Part shown: one piece after another, positions 1 to 13,180 of the stretch
Position numbering within the stretch: the stretch's first letter is position 1
How the letters are laid out: the number at the start of each line of letters is the position of its first letter
Assembly: GCA_951406725.2 (NCBI GenBank)
Contig: OX597836.1
Coordinates: forward strand, 31,000,001 to 31,064,000
Direction: 5' to 3'
DNA length: 64,000 bases
Source of the DNA: Octopus vulgaris
Lineage: Eukaryota
Translations under genes and position numbers: made by a program
Notes under the pieces: model-generated
The model's database searches: none
The model's input: only the letters and a program-made list of their open reading frames with translations
Told to the model about the DNA's origin: nothing

Positions 1-169
1 TATATATATGTATATGTATGTATATATATATATATATATTATATATCTATATTTATATATATATATATTTGTATATATATATATATTCATATATATGTGC
101 ATATATGTGTTTATATATGTATATATATGTATGTATATATATGTATATATATATGTATATATATATGTT

Positions 170-219
<50 letters not shown>

Positions 220-261
220 TATGTATATGTATGTATGTATATATATATATGTATGTATGTG

Positions 262-298
<37 letters not shown>

Positions 299-361
299 GT
301 ATATACATATATATATATGTATATGTATGTATGTATATGTGTATATATATATATATATGTA

Positions 362-412
<51 letters not shown>

Positions 413-420
413 TTATATAA
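1..420. repeat. (TA)n/(TATG)n compound microsatellite
   Basis: Directly visible; abuts the SINE head segment at 421-566. Confidence 0.97.
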
Positions 421-1265
421 CAGGCTTCTTTCAGTTTCTGTCAGTCTACCAAATGCAATTACAAGGTTTTGGTTGGCTTGGAGCTATAATAGTAGAAGAC
501 ACTTTTCCAAGGTTCCATGTGGTGGGATTGAACCCAGTATATTTCTTACTACACAGCCATGCCTGCATCTATTATGTTAATGACGATTATTAATTTACCA
601 ATTTACCAAAACAATTATTAACTTGATCACTGTTGTCTTTGATTTTGCATTTTTTTTGTTTTTTTTGCATTTTGAAATGTTTACAAATGTTTCTTTAGTA
701 AGAACAACAAATTAAAAGATATAAAACTTGTAATTGAAATGTCTTTTGACAAAATTTATTTTTCCAGTCAGTCTTTCCATTTCTCCAACACTGAGAAAAC
801 GCATTTTCAACAGTAAGAATTCGTTTTTTTTGTCAAACACTTTGGCCTACCTTCGATGTCTCCTTCTCGTTGTTTTATTTCAGTTGTAGATTGCTGTCAG
901 TGTAGTACACCTTATCCTTACAGATCTGACCATCATTAGTTTTAGTTGAATGACCCTGGTAGCTCTTAGGCATTTGTGATATCCGTTCAGTAGACTTCCC
1001 CTTTGATGTATCAACCAATCTATTCATAGCACTGCCTACCTCTTGTCTATAAAAGGAAATGTATCTTTGTAGTCTAACACTATATATAATGCACATTGTT
1101 ATTAATTCTTGGCACTTAAAATTACTTGGCCTTGAGAAGAAATTGACAAAATCGAAAGCTTGCACAATTTCTAAGAATTCTTTATGCTTGAAGGACGTTA
1201 TTGCATGCAAGCAATTGTAATATATGCCAGCTACTGCAGAATTATTGACTTTTGAAGAATTGAAA

Positions 1266-1548
1266 TATATATGTGTGTGTATATATATGTATATATATAT
1301 ATATGTATGTATGTATAATATATATGTATGTATAATATATATGTATGTATAATATATATGTATGTATAATATATGTATAATATAATATATATGTATAATA
1401 TATATATATGTATATATATGTATAATATGTATGTGTGTATATATATATATATGTATAATATATATGTATATATTTATTTATATATATATATATGTATAAG
1501 ATATATATATGTATAATTATATATATATGTATAAGATGTATATATGTA

Positions 1549-1615
<67 letters not shown>

Positions 1616-2179
1616 AAGATATATATATGTATAATTATATATGTATATATATACATATATATATATGTATAAGATGTATATATGTATAATATTTATATAT
1701 ATTTATGAAGCTGTAGAACCATCATGGCATCTGATGTGTCTTTTTAAACGAGACAATATTCTGAAAAGACACCCACATAGATTGCATATCTGATTTGGAC
1801 TACCAAGAGCTTCAGTTAAGTTCTGATCTTTGTGGTTCTTAAAATGTCTTTTGAGGCCTCCGTTAGATTTGCAGACCTTCTGCAAGCAATACATTACATT
1901 GAAAGGTATGCACAGATATATAGGCAGAATAGTTGGTGGAGGTTCAGTTTCCATGGGTTTGCATACATAAGTATTTATATATATATATATTTATATACAT
2001 CTATGTATATACATGTGTGTGTGTGTGTATATATATATGTATGTATGTGTATATATATATATATATATATATCTGTGTGTGTGTGTATATATATATGAAT
2101 TTATGTGTGTGTATATATTTATGTTTGTTTGTGTGTGTGTGTGTATATATATATGTATGTATATATATATATATGTATG

Positions 2180-2211
<32 letters not shown>

Positions 2212-2450
2212 CATCTATGTATATATATATATATATGTATGTTTGTGTGTGTGTGTGTATCTGTAGATATTTATAGATATATAGATATGTAAATATATGT
2301 ATGTATGTATATAAGTGTGTATATATATATATATATATATACATACATACATACATATATATGTATGTATATATATGTGTATGCATGTGTGTATATATAA
2401 GATATATATATGTGTGTGTATATCTATATATATATATAGACATACATGCA
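1266..2450. repeat. (TA)n/(TG)n compound microsatellite field, interrupted at ~1703-1965
   Basis: Directly visible. Confidence 0.95.
1703..1900 (-). mobile_element. Degenerate RTE-like LINE 3' fragment encoding two C2H2 zinc fingers
   Basis: Minus strand reads CIAC(frameshift)VCKSNGGLKRHFKNH...ICNLCGCLFRILSRLKRHIRCH, with the same two-finger layout as 26855-27130. Confidence 0.6.
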
Positions 2451-3119
2451 CATGTACACCATTAATATTGTCAGCCGCACAGACTGTCTCAACACACCAG
2501 TATCTTCACTCACGGCACCGACATATTTTTTCCACTACCACCACCACCATCACCACCACTGTCACCACCACCACCACTACCACCACCACCATCATTATCA
2601 CAAGTGGTACTCACTACCATCACCATCACTATCACCATCACCTTACACTTATCATGTCTGTTCCGTAACTAGCATGCTTTGCGTTTGATCTTTCAAGTGA
2701 CTCCGTTGGTTGTGAAGCAATTTACTTGAAAATTTTTGTTATCAATATCCAGCATTATGGTTCTAATTCGCAGATTAATTATGAGCCACTTTATTTAAAG
2801 TGTGCCAAATCATCATTATTATTATTGTTTGTGGCATTTCATCCATCTTTTCATTCTGAGTTCAAATGCCGCCAAGGTCAACTTTGCCTTTTATCCTTTC
2901 AGGGTCAATAAATTCAGTACCAGTTGAACACTGGGGTTGATGTAATCGACTAGTCCCCCCCAAAAAAATTTCAGACCTTGTGCCTATAATAGAAAGAATA
3001 TTGATAGTTTTGACCAGCTGTTCTCAGCTGGGTCCACATGACCCTTTAGGGTTTCATTTAAGATTTTGTTGCCAGAATTTATGCGCAATGAATTAGTTAT
3101 ACTTCTACAGTTCTTTTAT

Positions 3120-3356
3120 TCTTTTACTTGTTTTAGTCATTTGGCTGCAGCCATGCTGGAGCACCACCTTGAAGGGTTTTAGTCAAACAAATTGACCCCG
3201 GGACTTATTTTTTTTAATAATATTCTATTGGTTTCTTTCACTGAACTGCTAAGTTACAGGGACATAAACACACCAACATCAGTTGTTAAGCAGTGATGGG
3301 GGGAGGGGGCAAACACAGACACAAAGATATGCACACATAGATATATGCATATACAG

Positions 3357-3402
<46 letters not shown>

Positions 3403-3948
3403 GCGTGTGTGTGTGTGTTTGTGTATGTACATGATGTGAAGGCGCATGGCTCAGTGGTTAGAGAGTCGAGCTTACGATCGCGAGGTTGTGAGTTCGAATC
3501 CCGGACCGGGCTGCGTGTTGTGTTCTTGAGCAAGACACTTTATTTCACGTTGCTCCAGTTCACTCAGCTGTAGAAATGAGTTGCGACGTCACAGGTGCCA
3601 AGCTGTATCGGCCCCGTTGCCTTTCCCTTGGATAACACTGGTGGCATGGAGAGGAGAGGCTGGTATGCATGGGCCACTGCTGGTCTTCCATAAACAACCT
3701 TGCCCAGACTTGTGCCTGGGGGGGTAACTTCCTAGGTGCAATCCCATGGTCAGTCATGACCGAAAGGGGTCTCAGCAGATATATACGATGGGCCCCTTTC
3801 ATGTTTTGTCTATGAAATCCACTCACAAGGATTTGGTTGGCCTGATGCTATATTAGAAGACACTTGTTCAAGGTGCCATGCAGTGGCACTGAACCTAGAA
3901 CCATGTGGTTGGGAAGCAAGCTTCTTACCACACAGACATGCCTGCACC
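3120..3948 (-). mobile_element. Microsatellite-bearing tRNA SINE (family A), interrupted by a nested SINE
   Basis: Tail (cttttacttg...ggccatgctggagcacc) at 3120-3320 and head (aaatccactcacaagg...ttaccacacag) at 3785-3948 match the intact copy at 34561-34976. Confidence 0.85.
3438..3773 (+). mobile_element. tRNA-derived CORE-like SINE nested in the microsatellite of a family A SINE
   Basis: A box tggctcagtggt, B box gagttcgaatcc, CORE-like gtgttcttgagcaagacactttatttcac...cagctgtagaaatgagt. A second copy lies on - at ~26570-26850. Confidence 0.85.
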
Positions 3949-4015
3949 TAGCAATACACAAAATATTTTAACAACTGTTTATATTACAATTCCTAATAAT
4001 AATAATAATAATAAT

Positions 4016-4325
4016 CATCGTTTAACGTCTGCTTTCTATGCTAGCATGGGTTGGACGATTTTACTGAGGACTGGCGAACCAGATGGCTGCACCAGACTCC
4101 AATCCTGATCTGGCAGAGTTTCTACAGCTGGATGCCCTTCCTAACGCCAACCACTCCAAGAGTGTAGTGGGTGCTTTTACAGGCCACCAGCATAAGGGCC
4201 AGTTAGCTGGTACTGGCAATGGCCACGCTCAAATGGTGTTTTTTACGTGCTACCTGCACAGGAGCCAGTCCAGCAGCACTGGCAACAACCTCACTCGAAT
4301 GACTTTTCACATGCCACCAGCATGT
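4016..4325 (-). mobile_element. (GAT)n-tailed retroposon family C (ggaagggcatccagctgtagaaac...ggacgttaaacgatgatg)
   Basis: Same sequence recurs at ~7078-7420, 10570-10785, 15530-15765, 29965-30320, 35168-35440, 36945-37052, 53608-53878 and 56026-56277. Confidence 0.85.
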
Positions 4326-5604
4326 TATAAAAATATAATAGGATTTATGAAAACGTCAAATGGCTATGAGGGTCCACTAGAGTAAAACAGGGATGAAAGG
4401 GTTCCCTAGGTAAAAACTGGCTTAAACAGAGTTAATAGTTTAATAACTATAGGAAGAAGAAAAACAGGGCATTGCCGGTGGTTGCTGGTGCACCGGCAGC
4501 ATGTTCCGAAACCCCTTCGGTGGGACATTTGCCACTGGAGGTAGGGAAGAAGAAGGCCTCTCCCAGTGGAAATGTTGAAGAATATGTGATCTTCTTTCTT
4601 AGGGGAGGGGCGATAGAGAATTATATAGAAAGTTCCTTTAATAGTCAGGACCTGATAAAGCCCGACTTGTATTCCAGAGTGGCCTCTGCAGGTGGCTGCT
4701 CTGGTACTAGAAGAAAGGAACTTCTATTATATAATGGACTCCTTCTCAAAGAAAGAGTATAGATCCTGTTTATGGGCCCCCAACTTGCGGCTGCAGGAAG
4801 GTCTGCGGGAAGCAAGAAAGTTGATTGAGGACTCATTTGTGTAATAGGTTTATCGCCTTATTAAATGTGTTTTTATTTGTAATGGACTTTTTATGAATTT
4901 ATAAGAGGGTTAATACCTCATTCAGTGTTTTTAAAAAGAACAATGTTTTAGAGAAGTAAAAGTCGGCGGGCGCTTTTCGTCTTCCCCCATCTTTATCATC
5001 CATCTCATTAATGTCTGTGTCCAGCCCGCAGAGCTACATATCTGTGTACTGCCTTTATGGCAAATGATATAAAATAAACTAGAAAGCTCCTGTATCTGAT
5101 CCCTGTTACTTCGTTACCCACATCACTTTGAAATGTATGCAGTAATATCTATAATGTTACCTTTGTAATCATGCAGTGCACCATTGCATTGACAACCTGC
5201 ACCTGTATTCCACCCACTGCATCACACTTCCCTTTGACAGCATCAGCTCACCCATTATGTCTGATGAATTGCTTTGTATATCATGCCAAGTGTCTATTTC
5301 TCACATTTACAGGAATTTGATGGATTGCTGCGTGTAAACAAAGGAGGCTCTTTGTCTGTGGCTCTCAACCAGGGTTCGTGTGGCCCTTGGGAGGCCATAA
5401 GAGATTTTGTTGTTAAAATTCATGTGCAGTAAATTGATTATGCTTCTACAATACAAAAAAATATTTTAACAATATTTTTGAGACAATTCCTAATAATATT
5501 GAAGTATATAAAAAAAACAAGTATAGGATTGTTTTAATCATAGAATGGTTATGAGGGTCCACCTGTGTAAAATAGGAATCATAAAGGATCCATAAATTAA
5601 AAAA

Positions 5605-5636
<32 letters not shown>

Positions 5637-6069
5637 TGTTAAACGTCCATCTTCCATGTATGCATGTGTAGGACAGTTGACAGGAGCCGCCAGGTACAAA
5701 AACTATCCTAGGCTATTGTGTCTCTTTTGGCAGGGATTTTATGGCTGGATGCCCTTCCTAACACAAACTGCTCCACAGAGTCCATAGGGTCAAAAAAGGG
5801 TCCATAGGGTAAAAGAAGGTCAATAGGTAAAAAAAAAAGGGTCCGTAGGTTTTAAAATGGTTGAGAACCATTTTAAAACCTATGTGGCCCTATGTGGTCA
5901 CTTGACCTGCTAGAAACAGCAGTTAAAATTATCTCAAGTTATTCCTCTCCACCTTTGTCTCTCTTTTTATGTTTTCTTTTTATTCCTATTTACTCTAATC
6001 ATCTAAAATTCCTGCTCTGTGAAAATAACCTAAACACCTTCCCTATATTTATATAACCTGACAGTAATA

Positions 6070-6438
6070 ATCATGGTTTCAAATTTTGGTACAGGACTTG
6101 CAGTTTTTGAGGGGAGGGGGAAGTTGATTACATTGACCCCAGTACTTGTCTGGTACAGGTGAAATGCTGCTAAGCATTTTGTCCAGCGTGCTAATGGTTC
6201 TGCCAGGTTGCTGCCTTCAAAATAATAATAATAATAATAATAATAATGATAATAATAATAATAATCCATTCTACTATAGGCACAAGGCTTGGAATTTGGG
6301 GGAGGGAGAAAGTCGTTTGCATCAACCCCAGTGCGTAACTGGTACTTATTTCATCGACTCCCCAAAAGGATGAAAGGCAAAGTTGACTTCAGCAGAATTT
6401 GAAACATAATAATAATAATAATATTAATAATAATAGTA

Positions 6439-6475
<37 letters not shown>

Positions 6476-6476
6476 T

Positions 6477-6522
<46 letters not shown>

Positions 6523-7047
6523 GTCATCATCAGCATCATCATCATCATCATTTAACATCTGTTTTCCATGCTGGCATGGGCTGGGCAGTTTGAATGTACT
6601 TTCTACTGAAGGCACAAAGCTTGAAAGTTTTGGAGAGGGGGTTAATTGATCACATCGACCCCAGAATTTCACTGGTACTTAATTTATTGACCCCAAAAGG
6701 ATGAAAGACAGAGTTGACCTTGGCAGAATTTGAACTCAGAATATAAAAACCAGATGAAATGCTGCTGAGCACTTTGCATGGTGTACTAACAATTCTGCTA
6801 GTTTTCCGGGGGGGAAAAAAAAAAAATAATAATCCTTTTTACTATAGGCACAAGGCCTGAAATTTTAGGGGAGGGGACAAGTCGATTTCATCGACCCTAG
6901 CATTTCACTGGTACTTAATTTATCAACCCCAAAAGGATGAAAGGCAAAGTCAACCTTGGTGGAATTTGAACTCAGAATGTAGTGATGGGTAAAATACCGC
7001 TAAGCATTTCCTCCAGCACGCTAACCATTCTGCCAGCTCGTCGCCTT
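6070..7047 (-). mobile_element. Cluster of 3-4 partial SINE family B copies separated by (AAT)n
   Basis: Repeated motif ggtacttaattt..gaccccaaaaggatgaaaggcaaagt.gac...gaatttgaactcagaa. Confidence 0.8.
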
Positions 7048-7459
7048 AATAATAATAATGATAATAATAATAATAATCATCATCATCATCGTTTAACGTC
7101 CGTTTTCCATGCTAGCACGGGTTGGACGGTTCGACCGGGGTCTGGGAAGCCAGGAGGCTGCACCAGGCTCCAATCTGATCTGGCAGTGTTTCTACAGCTG
7201 GATGCCCTTCCTAATGCCAACCACTCCGTGAGTGTAGTGGGTGCTTTTTATGTGCCACAGGCACAGGTGCCAGGGGAGGCTGGCAGTGACCATGATCGGT
7301 TGGTGCTTTTTATATGCCACCGGCATGGAAGCCAGTCAAGGCGGCTGGCATCAACCACGTTCGGATGGTGCTATTTACGTGCCACTGGCACAGGTATCAC
7401 AACTACAATTTCCATTTGATATTTATTTTGATGTTGATGTACTTGACTCAATAGTGATG

Positions 7460-7495
<36 letters not shown>

Positions 7496-8014
7496 TGCAA
7501 ATAGGCCAGACATCATTTTGAAAGACTTCAGACAAAGAACATGCCTCCTCATTGATATGACTGTCCCAATCGATATAAGCGTATCTGTCAAGACCTACCA
7601 AAAACTGAGCAAATATAAAGATCTTGAAATAGAAATCAGCAAAATGTGGAACCTGAAGACTAAAACAATAACTGTTGTTATAGGTGCCCTGGGAATGATA
7701 GCGAAAGGAGCTGATTGCTACCTAACTCAGATACCAGGAAACCCCAAAATGGCAGAAATTCAAAAGATAGTGCTCATGGGAACTGCTCATATCCTACGCA
7801 AAATACTCTCTATGTAATCCCAAGGTTTAAAACAAACATTTAAAAAAAAAAATTTATGTATTAGACATTCACTAGTACAACACCAAAAACCCCCTCCCAA
7901 ATATATGGCACACTAGGCATAACAACAACGTGAACTTCCAACCTATTGTCTCTTGAGGTCCCTGGGTGAGACTTGGAGCTAACTTGTACAGACATAAAGC
8001 AAAAGTCAAACATA

Positions 8015-8015
<1 letters not shown>
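7496..8015 (+). mobile_element. 5'-truncated R4/Dong-clade non-LTR retrotransposon (restriction-like endonuclease C-terminus + 3' UTR) inserted in (TAA)n
   Basis: Translation ANRPDIILKDFRQRTCLLIDMTVP...KLSKYKDL...VVIGALG...GTAHILRKIL* carries the PD..D..K..Y RLE motif. (TAA)n lies on both sides. Confidence 0.9.
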
Positions 8016-8052
<37 letters not shown>

Positions 8053-8619
8053 TAATTAATGGTTTCTAATTTTGGCACAAAGCCAGTAATTTTGAGGGTA
8101 GGGGCTCAGTTGATCACATCAATCCCAGAACTTGTAGTGGGGGTTGATGTAATTGCTACTGTAGACTTGTGGATTGGTTCAATGTCTGTTTCTGCTGTTG
8201 CAATTTTTTTCTGTTTTATCTCTGCAAGGTAACTCGTCAGTCACTTAGCACTAAGAAGACAGGTTATTCTAAGATAATGCAGTTACTCATCAAGTGAGAG
8301 ATAAAGGATTCAGTTTCTTGTGAGCTGGCCAATTCTTCGTGTATTCTTGAAATTGGTGTTTAGGGTGTTGTTGTGTCACTAGATGTGACCTTTGACATAA
8401 CAGTCATCAAACGAGTCTTTTAGATCATGAAAGGTAGCAATGTTTGACAATCTGAGTGGTCAAAACAGTCATTTAAAAACAAACCTGACAGGCTGTGGTC
8501 ATTGAATCGAGATTATTAAGTTAGTTCATGTGAAATATGAAATGCAATGGCTTCACTATATCAGGATGGTGAGACCTATCAGAATGGGAAATATTCACTG
8601 TATGAATTTCTTACCTAAC

Positions 8620-9075
8620 CACCACCACCACCACCACTTCTTTCTCCTTTTTTTCTCCTTCTCCTCTTCCTTCTTTTCCTCATCTCCTCCTTCTCTCCCT
8701 TCTCCTCCTCTCCCACCCTCACTTTGTTTTCCCATTGTTTCCTCTCCTCCCTCCCTTTCCATTTTCTCCCCCTCACTCTCTTTTCTCCATCCTCTCCTTC
8801 TCCTCGCTCTTTCTCCTCCTCCTCGCTCTCCTCCTTCTCGCTCTCTCCTCCTCCTCCTTTCTCTCTCTCCTCCTCCTTGCTCTCTCTCCTCCTCCTTGCT
8901 CTCTCTCCTCTTCCTTGCTCTCTCTCCTCCTCCTTGCTCTCTTTCCTCCTCCTCGTTCTTTCTCCTCTCATACCCTCAATTCTTCCACATCTCACCCTTC
9001 CTCCTTCCTATGTTCCTCTCCATCTTTCCCCCCTCCCAGCCTTCACCCCTCTTCACCCCACCCCGCTCCACCTCA
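8620..9075. repeat. Polypyrimidine (CT/CCT) low-complexity tract
   Basis: Nearly purine-free + strand with short internal repeats (ctctctcctcctccttg). Confidence 0.9.
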
Positions 9076-9744
9076 TTAAACGTGTATATATATTATATGT
9101 GTTAGTTGGGGGTGGGGTGCGATAAAAATGTAATTTCTGTCAACCAAATCCACTCACAAGGCTTTGGTCGGCCCAAGGCTATAGTAGAAGACACTTACCC
9201 AAGGTGTCACGCAGTGGGACTGAACCCGGAACCATGTGGTTGGTAAGCAAGCTACTTACCACACAGCCACTCCTATATGATATAAATACTGAAGTTGATT
9301 TGTTCAGCTAAAACCCTTCAAGGCAGTGCCCCAGCATGGCCACAGTACAGTGATTGAAACAAAGTAAAAAAATAAAAGATAAATGATTAAAGAATAAGCA
9401 TACAATGTATAGATACAGTATGTATTGTGTTGATATGATACACTATGGTACCATGCCTATACCACGATATAAGCACAATGTTTATGTGTGTTGTCATAGT
9501 GTACCAATGTGAAAGTAGAGTATTCTAGTGTTTGTGTGGGGTTTATATTGTATAGGTACAGTATATCAGTGTGTTTGTTGGTACATTGTGGTTAAAAATC
9601 AGTTTGCTTGTCCAGTATTTTGTCTATAAATAGAGAAATCTGTTGACTTATAAATAGAATATTGATTTCTTCATTTTGGTAACTTGACAGTTACTACAAG
9701 TTGTTCACCTGAAGATTTACTGTTTTGGTCGAAATTATATTGTT

Positions 9745-10123
9745 GATGGTGGTGGTGGTGGTGGTTGTGGTGGTGGTGGTGTGTGTGTGTGTATGTGTGT
9801 GTGTGTAAATTGTGGTATAAAGAATGTTTTAGTGTGTGCTTTTCTTTGTGTCTATGTGTGCATGTATGTGTGTGTGTGTGTGTGCTTTTGTGTATTTGTA
9901 TATATGTGTGTATGTGTGTGTGTGAGCTTGTGTGTCAATTTGTACTTTTGTGAGCAAGTGTGTGTGTGTCTGTGTGTACGTGTACATGTGTATATGTGTG
10001 TGTGGGTTTCTGTTTCAGTATCTTTTTAATGTGTGAGCTTCTGTACATTTGTGTGTAGTATCTGTGTACATATCTGAATGTGTGTATGTGTGTCTGTTAG
10101 CCTGTGTGCTAGCTAGTGTGTAC

Positions 10124-10161
<38 letters not shown>

Positions 10162-10365
10162 CTTTGAGCCTGTGCCAGGCTGTACTTTTATGAGCATGTG
10201 TGTGTATTTGTATGTGTGTTGTATGTATGTATATGTGTTTGTATGTATGTGTGTGTATGTTTGTATATGTGTTTGTATGTATGTGTGCGTATTTATGTGT
10301 GTGTATGTTTGTATGCATATGCATTTGTAGGTATGTGTGTGCTTCTGTGTGTTTGTGTGTGAGAG
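9745..10365. repeat. (GGT)n/(TG)n degenerate microsatellite field
   Basis: Directly visible. Confidence 0.9.
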
Positions 10366-10929
10366 AAGGATTTACCAATTCTGCTTCGTCCGGTCACTCT
10401 TGGCTATTTTCTCTCTTTTACTTGTTTCGGTCATTAGATTGTGTATGTCTGCAGCACTGCCCTGAAGAGATTTAGTCAAACAAACCCCCTTTATTTATTT
10501 TTAAGTCTGGCACTTTATCTATCAGTCGCTTTTTCTGAACTACTAAATTGTGGGGATGGAAACAAACCAACACTGGTGCCATGTAAAAGTGTCTATGCTG
10601 TGCCACATAAAAACACCCAGCACACTCTGTAAAGTGGTTGCCATTAGGAAGGGCATCCAGCTGTAGAAACCATGCCAAATCAGTCTAGAATCTGGTGCAA
10701 CCCCACCAACTTGCCAGCTCTGACCACACCGTCCAACCCATGCCAGCATGGACAACAGACATTAAATGATAATGATGATGTTGATGATAATATATATTTT
10801 GGGTTGGCCAAAAAGTCTGTTCGTTTTTTTTAGGTGAAAATCAAAACAAAGAAAACAATTGTGTTGTGTTGAAATGATTGTTCTGAGCAATAAAGTTTCC
10901 TGTATATTCCATTTTCCATCCCTATCATT

Positions 10930-10972
<43 letters not shown>

Positions 10973-11283
10973 CGCAGGAGTGGTTATAGGCGCAGGAGTG
11001 GCTAACGCAAATTTAATGTACAAATTTGTAATTAAATTATTGAGTATTAATTGAAACGGCTGTAAGAAGCAGAGATGACCAATTTGTTAATAATAAATAA
11101 GTGTTAACTTCCTTATCTGAATTTTCTTTTCCTCTTTTAGCTGAATATAAACTATATGCTTAATATATACCTATAGTTTTAAGGGAATTTCATTCCTCAA
11201 CAATACTAGGTATTGAACCAGTATTTCCTTGGATGCAACCATCTCTTCACAAGATTAACATATCCTTCAGTTAGATTATATAT

Positions 11284-11597
11284 AAGTTAAGTTAAGTTAA
11301 GTTAATTTTTTGGCTCAAAAAGCAAAACGCAAGACCATGTAGGGGGACATGGAGTTATGTACAGGGAGGGTGTTCATGCAAAGAGTTCAGGCCATTTCTG
11401 GTCAAGAAAGACTTTGAACCAAGCGGTCGTCGGCATCTTCACTATCTCGTCCGGCAGCTTATTCCACGGATCCGCAACCCGGACGGAGAAAGCCCCTCTC
11501 CTTCGATTGAGATGAAATCGTCGCAGATAGAGCTTTTCGGAGTGACCCCGCAGCTAACGCTCTGGAGCAGGAGTGAAGAACAGCTCTTTCAAGAGGT
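11284..11597 (-). mobile_element. CR1-clade LINE 3' end with (AACTT)n tail
   Basis: Minus translation LRGHSEKLYLRRFHLNRRRGAFSVRVADPWNKLPDEIV...FKVFLD matches the CR1 ORF2 C-terminal motif (RGH..KL...FS.RV...WN.LP). Short tandem-repeat tail. Confidence 0.9.
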
Positions 11598-11819
11598 TAC
11601 ACTTTCCGCTTATTTATATATATATATGTACATACATACATACAATGGGTTTCTTTTAGTCTCCATCTACTAAATTCACTCACAAAGATTTTGGTCAACC
11701 TAGGGCTGTAGTAAAGACAAGACACATAACCAAGATGCCACACAGTGGGACTGAACCGAAGACCACATGGTTGGGAAGCAAACTTCTTAACCACGGAGCT
11801 ATGCTTATGTCACTCATAT

Positions 11820-12730
11820 CTAGGATGCTTTATCGGATTAACAAATTAACATAACTGCTTGACTGGTTCTTTATTTTATCAACCCCGATAGGATAAAAGG
11901 CAGAGTTAATCTTCTATTATAATTTCTTTCACATCTAGGATACTTTGTAGGAAGGAATATTAAATTGACTTCACTGCTTGGCTAGTATTTTATTAACCCC
12001 AGAAGGATTAATGGCAAACTTAGTCTTCTATTATAATTTTGTTCATATTTAGGATGCTTTATAGCAATATTAAACTGACACTATTTTATTGATCGTAGGA
12101 AGATGAAAGACAAGGTCAGTCTTAGCTTTCTATTATAATTCTGTTCACATGTAGGCTGTTTAATAAGAATATTGAATCAACCTCAGTACTCCGTTGGTAC
12201 TATATTATATCAATGCCAAAAGGATAAAAGTCAGTGTTAGTCTTAGTCTAGTATTATAATTTAACATCAAGGATGCTTTATAGGAATATTACATCAGTGC
12301 TGCTATTTCATCGGTTCTTCATTTCATTGACCCCTGAAAGATTTAAGGCAAGGTTGATCTTAGCAGGATTTTATCTCAGAATGTAATGCAAAGTGTCCTG
12401 ACTAAAGACTTGCTAGAAATAGCAACTAAATGTCCTTTATATGAAACACTATTTGATCAGTATTTTATGTTATTGACCCCTGCAGGATGAAAGGCAAAGT
12501 TGATCTTAGCTGGATTTGAGCTCAGAATGAAAAGCAACGTGTCATAACTAAAGACATGCTAGAAATAGCAACCAAATGTTCTTTGTGTTACAGTATTTGA
12601 TTGGTATTTTATTTTATTGACTCCTGCAAGATGAAAGATATAATTGATCTTGGAAGGATCTGATCTCAGGATATAAAAAAAAAAGTATCATAACTTAAAA
12701 CTTGTTAGAAATAGCAACCAAAGGTCCTTC
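11820..12730 (-). repeat. Degenerate tandem array of SINE family B fragments (units ~115-130 bp)
   Basis: About 7 diverged repeats of ...attgaccc..aggatgaaaggcaaagttgatctt... Confidence 0.7.
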
Positions 12731-13180
12731 ATATCACTCCTTACCATTTAAAAATAAATGTGAAGAACACATTGGAAAATATGGTTACACACACACATAT
12801 ACAATGGGCTTCTTTCAGTTTCTGTCTACCAAATCCACTCACAAGGCTTTGGTTGGCCCTGGGGCTATAGTTGAAAACACTTGCCCCAGGTGCCATGCAA
12901 TGTGACTGAACCTGAGACCATGTAGTCGAGAAGCAAACTTAATACACACATAGGTGTGCGCACACACACACACACACACACACAACACACACACGCGCGC
13001 GCGCGCACACACACACACACACACACTTCTTGTTTATGATGACTTCTAGAGTGGTAAGTGTTTGGCATTTCAATTCAGCTTTTACTGATTATTAAGTTTT
13101 TCTGCTTAACTTTATGAAAGAACAAGCTGTTTCATGTGTGTCATCTTATTAACTGTATGTTGTCAATGCTTTTCTTCCAG

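Noticed and set aside
8-593. Long Y/I/M/V/C/H/T-rich ORFs here and at 1832-2668, 9765-10475, 45920-46886, 54107-54419 and 59582-60211
   Set aside because: Translations of (TA)n/(TG)n/(ATGT)n microsatellites, which lack stop codons by composition.
875-1210. 111-aa minus-strand ORF
   Set aside because: No recognisable domain or exon boundaries; probably a decayed repeat.
3438-3512. tRNA-like sequences (also ~14105-14176, 41323-41395, 60700-60773)
   Set aside because: Acceptor stems do not pair and each runs into a SINE body, so they are SINE heads rather than tRNA genes.
7518-7817. 99-aa ORF as a host gene
   Set aside because: It is the RLE C-terminus of a 5'-truncated R4/Dong retrotransposon.
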